Shown here piece by piece: positions 47,401 to 55,633 of a DNA stretch of 64,000 nucleotides. The position numbers were made by a program, and so were the translations under genes. Each line of letters opens with the position of its first letter. Position 1 is the first letter of the stretch. Below the pieces are notes generated by a model. That model did no database searches, was not told the DNA's origin, and worked only from the letters and a program-made list of their open reading frames with translations. The stretch is from a virus (lineage: Duplodnaviria; Caudoviricetes), in IMG/VR virus record IMGVR_UViG_3300024261_000026, positions 1,909-65,908 of that record; one strand, 5' to 3'.

Positions 47401-47922
47401 TTGGTTCGCTCGCAGGCGCTGAATGGTCTGATAGATGATCGGTTCAGCGGAATGAAGCACTTCTGGATGTCGGTTGCGAGTGAGCGGCCACGCAAAGAAA
47501 AGAATTTAGTAGAGAACATAGAGAAGTACGTCAAAGAGGGTGATTTCACTTCGGAAGAAAAGATGGAGAACCTCATTGATCTGACAGGGTTGTTTCCCTT
47601 CGACTTGGTAATGACAAGGGAAGTAGAGAGAAGACTAGAAGAAAAGTTTGTTCCACCGATTAGTGAATACGATCCAGACTTGGGTGTTGTATGGTTCATA
47701 CCTCGCAAGATAATCCCGAAGAAGACGAAGCATGGTAAAGACTGGTGGCTCGTCGAGGCGATTGACAAGAACAGCACGGTGACAGCTATCAAGTGCTGGG
47801 GCGTTCAGAAGGGGAAAGATTTGATCCACGTCAATCGCCCCTATGTAGCAAAATTAGAGCACGATCCCGTGTGGGGATTTAGCACTAGAAGTGTACGACA
47901 TACTTTTAGATTATTAGGATAA
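44488..47922 (+). CDS. dnaE: DNA polymerase III alpha subunit (family C)
   Basis: PHP domain (LH.HS..S..DG, ALTDHG), GP.RGSAAGSLVAY.LGIT.VDP, PDIDYD, HAGG, KFDILGL, YGFNKSHA; start 44470 or 44488. Confidence 0.96.
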   Translation: MERKESSIPFVGLHAHSVASVFDGLGYPAEHMDFAYSNGMDALALTDHGSMNGLAYQVMHAKKMEKEGKDFKPIFGVEAYFIPSVEEWKGDFERIKKERSASKKRQSNIDGDAAGATVEDEQETKKAIKSVLNKRRHMVLLAQNQVGLNNIFQMISKSYKEGNFYRFPRVDYAMLQEHSDGVIAASACLGGVYAGDFWENRETGDDAVLEAMRETTRRMVDIVGDRWYAELQWNRIEEQHQLNNYIIQVAKEFNLRMISTADSHYPNPGLWKQREIYKKLGWLKKGDTGEDLPDTLKEMPYELYPKNGDEMWESYKRYSADCGFEYDDNLVRDSITETHNIAHERISRFLPDNRVQLPSFVVPEGKTASGALVDISTEGLHKSGLGKKPIYVERLNEELDVINMNNFAQYFLTMKAISDIACSKQLVGPARGSAAGSLVAYVLGITQVDPIKYDLLFERFMTRNQKEMGFPDIDYDVSDPMGLKEALIEEWGDDKVVPISNWNTLQLKSLLKDISKMQGIPFRDVNVVTNVMMREATPAAKAAKGITSGMYIPGFEEVKEHSPSLRDFFRKYPDVATNVSALYGQVRSCSRHAGGVVVGDNLDKHMPLINSGGVKQTPWSEGQNVRHLEPMGFIKFDILGLTTLRMMEGAITHILKRHYDKKDPSFDEIKEFYDKNLHPDILDMNDQKVYKNVFQKGNWAGVFQFTEGGAQRFCELVKPANIVDLSAITSIYRPGPLSAKVDKHYIAAKKNPGDIKYAHKIVKEVTKETYGFLIFQEQIALLAHRLGKDLSLDEGNLLRKILTKRGAGKDKIKEGIHNKFITGCLEKDMRADEAQKLWDTFEFFSGYGFNKSHALSYSILSFQCAWLLNYYPSEWVAAFLDKEPEARKEKAINIACSMGFSIQKLDVNTSGFTWEISEDGKTLTQPLSSIKGLGNAAIKEIVDHRPFNTIEEFLFDDRMLYSKVNKKSVDALVRSQALNGLIDDRFSGMKHFWMSVASERPRKEKNLVENIEKYVKEGDFTSEEKMENLIDLTGLFPFDLVMTREVERRLEEKFVPPISEYDPDLGVVWFIPRKIIPKKTKHGKDWWLVEAIDKNSTVTAIKCWGVQKGKDLIHVNRPYVAKLEHDPVWGFSTRSVRHTFRLLG

Positions 47923-47932
47923 AGGAGTAAAT

Positions 47933-48118
47933 ATGAAAAAAATTATAGTAGCGGGCATTTTGTCCTTGACAGGGTGCATAGAAGATGATAGAGTATTATG
48001 CAATGAGTCTGACGCAGGTTTGTCGGACGCTGGCGAAGTTGTGGATGCGGGCGATGTTGCTTGTGTTAGCGAGCAGTTTATTGCTTTTCCCGACCTGCTA
48101 GTAAATGTTGAACGATAG
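47933..48118 (+). CDS. Small lipoprotein with DAG repeats
   Basis: MKKIIVAGILSLTG-C lipobox; SDAGLSDAGEVVDAGD; AAGGAG SD. Confidence 0.7.
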   Translation: MKKIIVAGILSLTGCIEDDRVLCNESDAGLSDAGEVVDAGDVACVSEQFIAFPDLLVNVER

Positions 48119-48127
48119 GATAAAAGA

Positions 48128-48586
48128 GTGAACATTTTTGTTTTAGACGACAACCCCATCGATGCCGCAAGGCACCAGATAGATAAGCATGTTGTAAAGA
48201 TGCCTCTAGAGTCCGCACAGATGCTTTGTGCGGCACTCGTAAGGTACGGGTGTGAAAATGCCCCATACAAAGCAACGCACAAGAACCATCCCTGTACTTT
48301 GTGGGCAGGCGAAACAAGACAAAATTTTCAATGGCTTGTCGAGCATGGAATTGCTTTATGTGAGGAATACACATCTCGGTACAGCAAAAGGCACAAATGT
48401 CAAGATGTAATTGAGTGGTGCTCAGAAAACGATCACAGAATACCGCACGGTAAGATGACTAATTTTGCTCAAGCAATGCCAGAGCAGTATAGGAACTCAG
48501 ATCTAATTGTGGCATATCGACAATATTACAAGGGCGAAAAGGATAGTATTTCATCCTGGAAGCAAAACAAGCCATTGTGGTATTGA
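48128..48586 (+). CDS. Pyrimidine-dimer DNA glycosylase / endonuclease V-like protein
   Basis: MNIF.LD..P..AA....DKHVVKM.LESAQML, YK.TH.NHPC..W, EY..RY.K.H, F.QAMP..Y, AYR.YY...K. Confidence 0.8.
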   Translation: MNIFVLDDNPIDAARHQIDKHVVKMPLESAQMLCAALVRYGCENAPYKATHKNHPCTLWAGETRQNFQWLVEHGIALCEEYTSRYSKRHKCQDVIEWCSENDHRIPHGKMTNFAQAMPEQYRNSDLIVAYRQYYKGEKDSISSWKQNKPLWY

Positions 48587-48619
48587 GATCACAACGGAAC
48601 TAAGAAAAGGAGAAAGAAG

Positions 48620-48793
48620 ATGATTAAAATGGAACTAGTAAGAGATCCTAATGGAAGAGAAGACGATTTCACTGTTGTTGACATCGACGGAAAGGTTGAT
48701 GCTTATCGGGAGACTGAGTTTGAACTCGATATCAATGGAAGTAAGAAACTTGTTAAACCGCTGACTAAATCAATGACAAAGAAATTGAACTAG
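48620..48793 (+). CDS. 57-aa hypothetical protein (not in ORF track)
   Basis: AAGGAG SD; MIKMELVRDPNGREDDFTVVDIDGKVDAYRETEFELDINGSKKLVKPLTKSMTKKLN; fills the gap. Confidence 0.7.
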   Translation: MIKMELVRDPNGREDDFTVVDIDGKVDAYRETEFELDINGSKKLVKPLTKSMTKKLN

Positions 48794-48802
48794 GAGAAAG
48801 TA

Positions 48803-49324
48803 ATGATTTTAGAGTATGTCAGGGTAAGAGACAATGCTATCCCGCCAGATAGAGCGAATCCTAGTGATGCGGGGTTGGATTTGTATTTCAACCCAGAAGA
48901 CGGGCAAGAGATAACGCTGGATCCGGGAGAGACCGCCCTATTCCAAACGGGATATAAGTTTGGCATTCCTCACGGTTATTGCTTGGAGGTGAAGAACCGA
49001 TCAGGCAACGCTTCAAAGAAAAGTTTGATTGTTGGAGCGTGTGTTATTGATCCTGGATACGATGGAGAGGTTTTCGTTAACCTACACAATATTGGAAAAG
49101 GATCCCAAACGATCTACTTGGGCGACAAGATTGCTCAGGTGGTAATGTACCCAGTTGTACACTTTAAGGCTTTTGAGAAACATGATAAAGACCTGTACGA
49201 CTACTATCCTATCGCGATGAGCGACAGGAAAGATGGTGCTCTGGGTAGCACCGATAACAAAGTCCCTCGCCAATTACAACTTCAATATGCTGATATGTAT
49301 TTTGATAGTGAAGGCGAGAGATAA
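48803..49324 (+). CDS. dut: Trimeric dUTPase
   Basis: DAGLDL, RSG, GACVIDPGYDGEV, GDKIAQ, R.DGALGST motifs. Confidence 0.93.
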   Translation: MILEYVRVRDNAIPPDRANPSDAGLDLYFNPEDGQEITLDPGETALFQTGYKFGIPHGYCLEVKNRSGNASKKSLIVGACVIDPGYDGEVFVNLHNIGKGSQTIYLGDKIAQVVMYPVVHFKAFEKHDKDLYDYYPIAMSDRKDGALGSTDNKVPRQLQLQYADMYFDSEGER

Positions 49325-49335
49325 AGGAGAAAAAT

Positions 49336-50004
49336 ATGAAAAACTTAATATATGCCCTGGGGGCGACATTTTTGATTGGGAGTAGCGCAGTTTCTGCGCA
49401 ATCTCATGTAAGGTTGTCTACCACGGGAGAAGTTGATGTCGCTGGAGTCACGCTCTCAGCAGAGGAGCAGGTGCGGGAGAACTTCCTCGACTTGCAACCT
49501 ACGCTGTTGCCATCTTACGTTCACACTGAAGTTGGGGTGAGCAAAGGATTGTTCGGGTATTTTACGCTCGGGGCAGGCGCCAGGAACGTCAGTGAATTTG
49601 GAGAAGTTTCTAATCGACTTCATTTGGATGCGGCCGCAAAGGGGGACTACGAAGGTTTGTTCGCCTCTACGCGATTGAGACTCCAAGAGGTGATTGGCAC
49701 TGACTTGTCTGAGCATAGTTTAGATTCATTTGCTATCCGAAATATGGCGACCGTGGGATACACTCTTCCTGAGTTGTATAATGTGAAATTGGGCATTCAT
49801 TTGTCGGAGGAGCATTTCTTGACGACTTCAGGATTTAGTGAGAACAGGGTTATTCTGGGGTCCACCGTGACCCTATATGAGAACTATTCTCTTGTTGGTG
49901 AGTATTTTCTACAAACCACAGGCGAAATTGTCAATACCAGTTTTGGTCTTGGCGAAATCCAAAATAGTCATGTTGCTGCTTTGAATTTGAAAGCATCTTT
50001 TTAG
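49336..50004 (+). CDS. Outer-membrane beta-barrel protein (DUF2490-like)
   Basis: Sec signal peptide (..SAVSA-Q), alternating amphipathic strands, C-terminal LNLKASF with terminal Phe. Confidence 0.65.
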   Translation: MKNLIYALGATFLIGSSAVSAQSHVRLSTTGEVDVAGVTLSAEEQVRENFLDLQPTLLPSYVHTEVGVSKGLFGYFTLGAGARNVSEFGEVSNRLHLDAAAKGDYEGLFASTRLRLQEVIGTDLSEHSLDSFAIRNMATVGYTLPELYNVKLGIHLSEEHFLTTSGFSENRVILGSTVTLYENYSLVGEYFLQTTGEIVNTSFGLGEIQNSHVAALNLKASF

Positions 50005-50005
50005 G

Positions 50006-50064
50006 GCGACACTCATAGTCCTGACCGGGAGGGCAGGATGAATCGCGGAACCCTCCCATTTTTC
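50006..50064 (+). other. Structured intergenic RNA element: H-type pseudoknot or terminator
   Basis: GTCCTG/CAGGAT and GGGAGGG/CCCTCCC interleaved stems, followed by ATTTTTC. Confidence 0.5.
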
Positions 50065-50086
50065 ACATTATAGAAAGGACCACAGA

Positions 50087-50566
50087 ATGGACAAACACAC
50101 AAAAAAGGTGATGTTTAGCAGCAAAGATATGAGTTGGGAAACTCCGCAGGATTTCTTCGACAAGCTAGATCGAGATTTTAACTTTGACTTAGATCCGTGC
50201 GCGACAAAAGAAACTGCGAAGTGTAAGGATTATTACACAGAAGAAGACGATGGGTTATCTAAGGATTGGGGTCCGTGCAAGACAGTCTTCGTAAACCCCC
50301 CTTATGGTAGGGATATCAAAAAGTGGATTAAGAAAGGATACGAAGAGGCGCAGAAGGACAAGACTACTGTCGTGATGCTTATACCAGCAAGAACTGACAC
50401 TTCTTATTGGCACGAATACTGCATGAAGGCATCTCAGATTTTCTTCGTGAAGGGCAGATTAAAGTTTGGTACCGCCACGACTGGCGCTCCATTTCCTTCT
50501 GCTGTGGTGGTTTTCAAGTGGTATTCGGGAGGTGAAACTCCACAGATGGGTACCATTGACAGATAA
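50087..50566 (+). CDS. Phage DNA N6-adenine methyltransferase (T1/HP1 Dam-like family)
   Basis: W.TP..FF..L...F.FDLDPCA, DDGL..DW, NPPYG, V.LIPARTDT..WH, F..GRLKF, APFPS. Confidence 0.88.
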   Translation: MDKHTKKVMFSSKDMSWETPQDFFDKLDRDFNFDLDPCATKETAKCKDYYTEEDDGLSKDWGPCKTVFVNPPYGRDIKKWIKKGYEEAQKDKTTVVMLIPARTDTSYWHEYCMKASQIFFVKGRLKFGTATTGAPFPSAVVVFKWYSGGETPQMGTIDR

Positions 50567-50569
50567 TAT

Positions 50570-50578
50570 ACTAGTTAC
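50570..50578 (+). promoter_or_regulatory. Putative late promoter variant ACTAGTTAC
   Basis: 5 nt before ATG 50584, which lacks an SD (possibly leaderless). Confidence 0.5.
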
Positions 50579-50583
50579 TTATA

Positions 50584-51213
50584 ATGTACAAAGGAATCTT
50601 TTACCCTGTCTTCGCTTTGGTGGTTTTTGTATTTATCGCCATAGGGTGCCTATCACTCAACAGCGACATTCCGGATAAAAGAGAAAGCAATTGTACTTCT
50701 AAGAACGAGCTAACGAGAATACCAGGGTGGAAATATTCTTACCAGATAGAGTCAGACTGCAACATACCTAATCCAGGCGATGTCTCTCTTGCTTTGCAAG
50801 TGTTTTACATAAATTGGTACCAACGGTTCGGAGATCCTGCTGACGCTGTTTTGAATAACCTCAACAACATCGTGGTTGAGTGGAGAGCAAAAAAGATATA
50901 TTTCGAGCGTGGATACAGAGTGGACGGAACTTTCATCGAAAATGGGCAAGCAATCGGACTAACTATCGACAAATCTCACATCATTGTGATGATGAGTAGG
51001 TACCAGAAGATATATGACACTTCTCTGGCTCACGAATTGGTTCATGCTTCGATACGCGCCACAACCGGGCAAAGAGGAGATCCGGATCACGAGGGTGACA
51101 AATATAGCGGATGGACAAAACAACACACATCTCTTATTAAAGAGATAAACGAGATTCTTAGATTAATGGATTTAAATTATGCCGAAGAAAATAAAAAGGG
51201 TTACGAATTCTAA
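50584..51213 (+). CDS. Membrane-anchored putative zinc metallopeptidase
   Basis: N-terminal hydrophobic helix; LAHELVH (HExxH) with downstream His (DPDH). Confidence 0.6.
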   Translation: MYKGIFYPVFALVVFVFIAIGCLSLNSDIPDKRESNCTSKNELTRIPGWKYSYQIESDCNIPNPGDVSLALQVFYINWYQRFGDPADAVLNNLNNIVVEWRAKKIYFERGYRVDGTFIENGQAIGLTIDKSHIIVMMSRYQKIYDTSLAHELVHASIRATTGQRGDPDHEGDKYSGWTKQHTSLIKEINEILRLMDLNYAEENKKGYEF

Positions 51214-51436
51214 AAAGCAGGCAAAGAAAGACTTACAGCAAAAAATGAATATGTTCGATAGGCTTCCAGACGAGTGTAGTGCTTGCTTGGCTCCTTTCAA
51301 CAAGAAAGATAAAGACATGGTAATGTCGTGGCATGTTGTTGTGAGAGAAGAAGAAGGTATTGTAAGACTTTATTGCCCTGACTGTTGGAGAAAAGCAACT
51401 TCGCTTGTCGAGAGCGTTATAATGGAGGAGAAATGA
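51179..51436 (+). CDS. Small zinc-ribbon hypothetical protein
   Basis: CSAC...CPDC. Confidence 0.7.
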   Translation: MPKKIKRVTNSKKQAKKDLQQKMNMFDRLPDECSACLAPFNKKDKDMVMSWHVVVREEEGIVRLYCPDCWRKATSLVESVIMEEK

Positions 51437-52071
51437 GAAGAAGAGATATGAGAAATGTGAATGAATACTGGGGGACCGGCCCACACGCTGAGGATGATCC
51501 ATATAATGGACCAGAAAGCAGCGAAAACCAGGTATCGGTGGCCAACAATAGGATATACTTCTATTCAGAAGTGACACGACCAGAGTGCTTGACATTCAAT
51601 AAGAGCGTCCAGGTGTTATCCGATGCGATGGTGGCGACAGCACACAACTACGGAGTGCCAGTCCCGCCAATAAACATGCATATCAACTCTTATGGTGGCA
51701 GTGTGTTCGCTGGACTATCGTCGGTTGATAGCATCCTTGCCGCACCGTGTCCTACCCACTCTATTGTCGAGGGGTGCGCCGCATCTGCCGCTACCATTAT
51801 GAGTGTGGTGGCCAATAAGAGATCTATACGAGAGAACTCGTTTATGTTGATACACCAGTTGTCTTCTGGGATGTGGGGTAAGTATGAGGAACTAAAAGAT
51901 GATATGAGGAATAACGAAGTGCTTATGAGTACGATTAAATCAATCTACACAAAGCACACCCAAATTCCCAAGAAGCAACTTTCCGACATTCTCAAGCACG
52001 ATCTATGGTTTGATGCAAAGACATGTCTGGAGTATGGTCTAGTTGATGAGATACTGAGTTTAGGCAAGTGA
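51433..52071 (+). CDS. clpP: ClpP-family serine protease
   Basis: INSYGGSV.AG, G.AASAAT (Ser), MLIHQ (His), HD.W..A...LEYGLVDEI; GGAGGAG SD before ATG 51433. Confidence 0.9.
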   Translation: MRRRDMRNVNEYWGTGPHAEDDPYNGPESSENQVSVANNRIYFYSEVTRPECLTFNKSVQVLSDAMVATAHNYGVPVPPINMHINSYGGSVFAGLSSVDSILAAPCPTHSIVEGCAASAATIMSVVANKRSIRENSFMLIHQLSSGMWGKYEELKDDMRNNEVLMSTIKSIYTKHTQIPKKQLSDILKHDLWFDAKTCLEYGLVDEILSLGK

Positions 52072-52370
52072 TTATTGGGTTTGAAGACACGGACACCACT
52101 TATGCCAATCTGCTAATCAAGTTGAAACACGAGGGAATCACAAAGCGGCAGTTTTTTAGGGGCGTTGTCGCATCTTTTCTGGAAGACGATCCTAGTTTCA
52201 TAGAATACATAATAGATTTCAAGAAAAGAAAAAACCTTTATGTAAAAAACAAGCAGAAAACACTTGACAAAGAGAGAAAAGTGTCTCATAATATAGAGAA
52301 GAAGTTTAGACTATCAGAAGACGAGATTGAAGATATGTTTGATATGCTTGAAGAGGAGATGGATTTATGA
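52068..52370 (+). CDS. Hypothetical protein (possible small DNA-binding protein)
   Basis: GTGA coupling to clpP; 100 aa, acidic C-terminus. Confidence 0.65.
   Translation: MIIGFEDTDTTYANLLIKLKHEGITKRQFFRGVVASFLEDDPSFIEYIIDFKKRKNLYVKNKQKTLDKERKVSHNIEKKFRLSEDEIEDMFDMLEEEMDL
52264..52292 (+). promoter_or_regulatory. sigma70 promoter TTGACA-N17-CATAAT inside upstream gene
   Basis: Perfect -35 and spacing, about 75 nt before the sigma region-4 gene. Confidence 0.55.
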
Positions 52371-52606
52371 AGGAGTGTGCCAGTAAGTGCATGAGTGCTG
52401 ACACAGCGTGCGAAAAGATGGATTGCCGAATGTGGGTGGATCACGAGGAAGAGTATAATTGCGCACTGGTGTCCATCCAGAGGAATGGCGATATGACTTT
52501 GCATGAGGTTGCTGACAGGATGAAGATTAGTTATGTAAGAGTGAAACAGATTCAAGATAAGGCGCTGGAAAAGGTAGGCAAAAGATTGGTTGCTATGGAG
52601 AAATGA
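52367..52606 (+). CDS. Stand-alone sigma70 region-4 HTH protein with Cys-rich N-terminus
   Basis: MTLHEVADRMKISYVRVKQIQDKALEK matches TL.EVG....V(T/S)RERIRQIE..AL.KL; five Cys upstream. Confidence 0.8.
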   Translation: MKECASKCMSADTACEKMDCRMWVDHEEEYNCALVSIQRNGDMTLHEVADRMKISYVRVKQIQDKALEKVGKRLVAMEK

Positions 52607-52629
52607 AAAGGGTTTTTCTAAATCTGGAT

Positions 52630-52638
52630 ACTACTTAT
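52630..52638 (+). promoter_or_regulatory. Putative late promoter motif ACTACTTAT
   Basis: Upstream of ATG 52696. Confidence 0.65.
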
Positions 52639-52695
52639 TAGTGATTTGGAATTTCTATGCCACGATGATGGCGCTTTAGAGGGAGAAAGTGAAAT

Positions 52696-53286
52696 ATGTC
52701 TAAGAAAAGTTTACTAGAAGAAGGATCGGTTCGTCAATTTATGAAGTTGGCTAACCTCACTCCTTTGTCAGATAATTTCGTTAGCGAAACATATGTCAAA
52801 GAAGAGGAAGAAGTCAGCGAAGAAGTCAGCGAAGAAGTCAACGAAGAAGTTGTTGATGAAGACGTGACAGAAGAAGTTGTCAAAGAAGAGTTTGAAGAGG
52901 AAGAGGCAGAGATGTCTGCCGAAATGCCCTTCGAAGAGCCAGCTGCTGAACCAGAGATGGATATGGCAGAAGAACCACCCGCCGCAGGAGGTGATATTGC
53001 AGGGTTGGTCAAGGCGATTGCTGATGCTATCAGTGCTCACACTGGAGTAGAGGTTGCTGTCTCAGGAGAAGCAGAAGAAGCAGGCGAAGAAGCGGAACTT
53101 GAAGAGCCAGGCGAGGAAGCAGAAGCAGAAGCGGGCGAAATGGAATTTGCCGCCGAAGAAGACGAAGCGATTGAGGACGAAGCACCCGCAATGCGAGATG
53201 AATATGAAGAGAGTTTGAATCTGGATGCCATCGTCGCAGAAGTCACCAAGCGAGTCAAGAAGCGATTATCTAAGTCAAAGAAATAA
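52696..53286 (+). CDS. Highly acidic scaffold-like/internal head protein
   Basis: Glu-rich with EEVS repeats; N-terminal LLEE..VRQFMKLANL; C-terminal EVTKRVKKRL; late motif. Confidence 0.65.
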   Translation: MSKKSLLEEGSVRQFMKLANLTPLSDNFVSETYVKEEEEVSEEVSEEVNEEVVDEDVTEEVVKEEFEEEEAEMSAEMPFEEPAAEPEMDMAEEPPAAGGDIAGLVKAIADAISAHTGVEVAVSGEAEEAGEEAELEEPGEEAEAEAGEMEFAAEEDEAIEDEAPAMRDEYEESLNLDAIVAEVTKRVKKRLSKSKK

Positions 53287-53313
53287 GATACCCGTAATAA
53301 CTACATTACAATG

Positions 53314-53349
53314 AAAAACCACCTGTGCCCTTTAGCAGGTGGTTTTTTT
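53314..53349 (+). terminator. Rho-independent (possibly bidirectional) terminator
   Basis: AAAAACCACCTG-N10-CAGGTGGTTTTTTT. Confidence 0.8.
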
Positions 53350-53380
53350 ATGCCCTAGAGCAGAAACACATCTGCTTAGA

Positions 53381-53389
53381 ACTACTTAT
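53381..53389 (+). promoter_or_regulatory. Putative late promoter motif ACTACTTAT
   Basis: After the terminator, upstream of ATG 53438. Confidence 0.65.
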
Positions 53390-53437
53390 AAGCGAAGAGA
53401 TTCGCAAACAAATACAATCCGAAAGGGAGAAAATAAA

Positions 53438-55567
53438 ATGAAAGATGGCGCCAAAACATTATCAGAGTTCATTGATAGAGAGTTAGGCATAAATCCAAAG
53501 AAAAGTGTTAATGCAAAGAAGCACCCTCTATTAGAGTTTATTGATAAAGAGATAGAGGGTTTTTTGGGGATTCTGAAGGAGGGCGCCTCATCTTTGAGTG
53601 GTCCCGAAGCGGAGGCAAATCTTACTGCACTAGGACATAAACCTCCCGCTGGAACTGCTGGTGCTACTGTTTATGAGACTTGCGCCCTTATTGTGGCGAA
53701 ACTGGATGGCGACCGAACCCTTCCAACCACAGAAGAGATCAGCTCGCTGGCCAACGAACACGAAAGTGTGGATATGATCCCCAAAGGCGCCGCTTGGATG
53801 CAGAAAGTTTTGAAGGATCCGGAGGCGCATGATGCGTTGCCCCCCTTCATCCAGTGGGTAGGCGGCGACATCAAGAAACTTCCTCCTGTCAAAAAATGGG
53901 GCACTGGGTTGAGTCTGATCAACGCCAGCATTGGGGATTACTATTCGGCCATTGCTAACCACACGGATGCCGAAAAACTTAACTTTACGAAATCAGAAAG
54001 AAAAGATATAAAACCGAATACGGCAGACATGGTTATTGTTACCAAGGGCACTAGAGGCGATCTCTTGACGGCGCTAGCAGAAAACAAATCCGTGGAAGCT
54101 AACGAAAAGACGGGTGTTGTTACGGTGGGGGGAGACATAGAATTTATACAGGTTTCGCTTAAGAAATCTAAGAAAGGCGCCAGAATCGGCAAACTTTCTA
54201 GGACATTCAATGATTACCTGGGACAATTGTCGGTATCGCCAGAGCAACTTATGAAGACGGCAGGATTAGATATGTCGTTGGGGCGCATGAGGGATGAGGG
54301 CGCAGCGCTAGATATTTTTATTGCAGCAATCGCTTATGCAGCAGGCGACATTAAAAAACAGGACCAACTGTCGGCGAACACAGATCAGTTGGGCGCGTGG
54401 ATGCGAGAAACCCACGGTGATAACTGGTGGAAACTATCAGAGGAAAAGTTAATAGCGTCCGGAGTTATGTACTATGACCAAGAAATCGCCGGAGGACTCA
54501 ATGAAGGTGCGTTCGCTGATTTCGCCAAAAAGGGATTGGGGTTTATCAAATCAGCATATGAAAAAGTAAAAGAATTCATTTCTGGACTCGCCAAGAAGGT
54601 TTGGGGCGCGGGACAGTCCGCCGCCACAGAAGCGGCCGGCACCGAAATGAATGAGGCGGGTGATGAACTCTTTCACCTCTTGCAATCAATGGAGGGTGCG
54701 GAAAACCTAAGCGAAGGAGAAAGAACACAAATCACGGTAGAACTCTATAACCAAGTGAAAGCATTGAGCGAAGTGATGTTGTCACCAGCAAACTCGGGTC
54801 AATTTGAAAAAGAAAGAAAGATGATGATTGAAAAGATTGATGCCATCAATGGGTTGTCAGGCGGACCAGATTTGGTTAGATTTATAGATGGAAACTCTGA
54901 ATTTTCGAAGGATAACATCGCCGCCTTTCGGAAGTCTGCCGAAGCTTTGCTAGAATACATGGGTGACACCACCGATGTAGGAAAAGAGGATTATGATGAA
55001 CCTGCAAAAGGAAGACCCAGGATGGAAAGAGTTATAGAAAAAACTCTTTTGGCAAACTGCGTAAAACTATGCACCAATTTCGCCTCCTTCCAGACTCTCA
55101 ATCAGATGCTCCAACAAATCTTAAATAGCAGCAAGACTGCCGAAGAGGCGAGATCCGCCCTGGTTCAAACCTCTGTTGACACCATTGCTGATGCGAAATT
55201 TGGCAACACCAAACTCCCTCTATTCATCGCTTATGGAACTGGCGACGGGGTATGGGGACCAAAGACTGTAGAACAATACAAGGAATCTTCGAAAAAGGAT
55301 ATCGAAAAGGGGAAATTTGATAAATATCCTCTCATGGAAATTCAGGTTGGCAAGAGCAGCGCCAAGATGCTGGATGGATCAGAACCAAACTATAATGCTT
55401 TTTACGTCTCTATGATGACGGGAGCGAGGATGAGCGAGAAGACTCAATCCCTTGAGCCCGTTTATTTGAAATTGCAGTTTATCAACAGGTTGGCCAACTT
55501 TAGTTACAAGATAGAGGGAATGGCAGAAGAAACCGCTTCCAAATTTAAAATCAATCCATACTCATAA
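53438..55567 (+). CDS. 709-aa hypothetical protein, possible restriction-endonuclease-fold domain
   Basis: GGGAG SD before ATG 53438; E...K.NTADMVIV...FIQVSLKK motif; several L-x-E-(F/G) sites. Confidence 0.6.
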   Translation: MKDGAKTLSEFIDRELGINPKKSVNAKKHPLLEFIDKEIEGFLGILKEGASSLSGPEAEANLTALGHKPPAGTAGATVYETCALIVAKLDGDRTLPTTEEISSLANEHESVDMIPKGAAWMQKVLKDPEAHDALPPFIQWVGGDIKKLPPVKKWGTGLSLINASIGDYYSAIANHTDAEKLNFTKSERKDIKPNTADMVIVTKGTRGDLLTALAENKSVEANEKTGVVTVGGDIEFIQVSLKKSKKGARIGKLSRTFNDYLGQLSVSPEQLMKTAGLDMSLGRMRDEGAALDIFIAAIAYAAGDIKKQDQLSANTDQLGAWMRETHGDNWWKLSEEKLIASGVMYYDQEIAGGLNEGAFADFAKKGLGFIKSAYEKVKEFISGLAKKVWGAGQSAATEAAGTEMNEAGDELFHLLQSMEGAENLSEGERTQITVELYNQVKALSEVMLSPANSGQFEKERKMMIEKIDAINGLSGGPDLVRFIDGNSEFSKDNIAAFRKSAEALLEYMGDTTDVGKEDYDEPAKGRPRMERVIEKTLLANCVKLCTNFASFQTLNQMLQQILNSSKTAEEARSALVQTSVDTIADAKFGNTKLPLFIAYGTGDGVWGPKTVEQYKESSKKDIEKGKFDKYPLMEIQVGKSSAKMLDGSEPNYNAFYVSMMTGARMSEKTQSLEPVYLKLQFINRLANFSYKIEGMAEETASKFKINPYS

Positions 55568-55573
55568 TATCCC

Positions 55574-55602
55574 TTGACAACCACATAAGATGCGAGTATA
55601 AT
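55574..55602 (+). promoter_or_regulatory. sigma70 promoter TTGACA-N17-TATAAT, followed by inverted operator half-site
   Basis: Consensus promoter; AACAGATCACTTT at 55605-55617. Confidence 0.85.
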
Positions 55603-55633
55603 AGAACAGATCACTTTATTGATCGGAGGAACA

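Noticed and set aside
54380-54387. Isolated ACAGATCA match inside a coding region
   Set aside because: Single half-site with no associated promoter; an 8-mer is expected by chance in 64 kb
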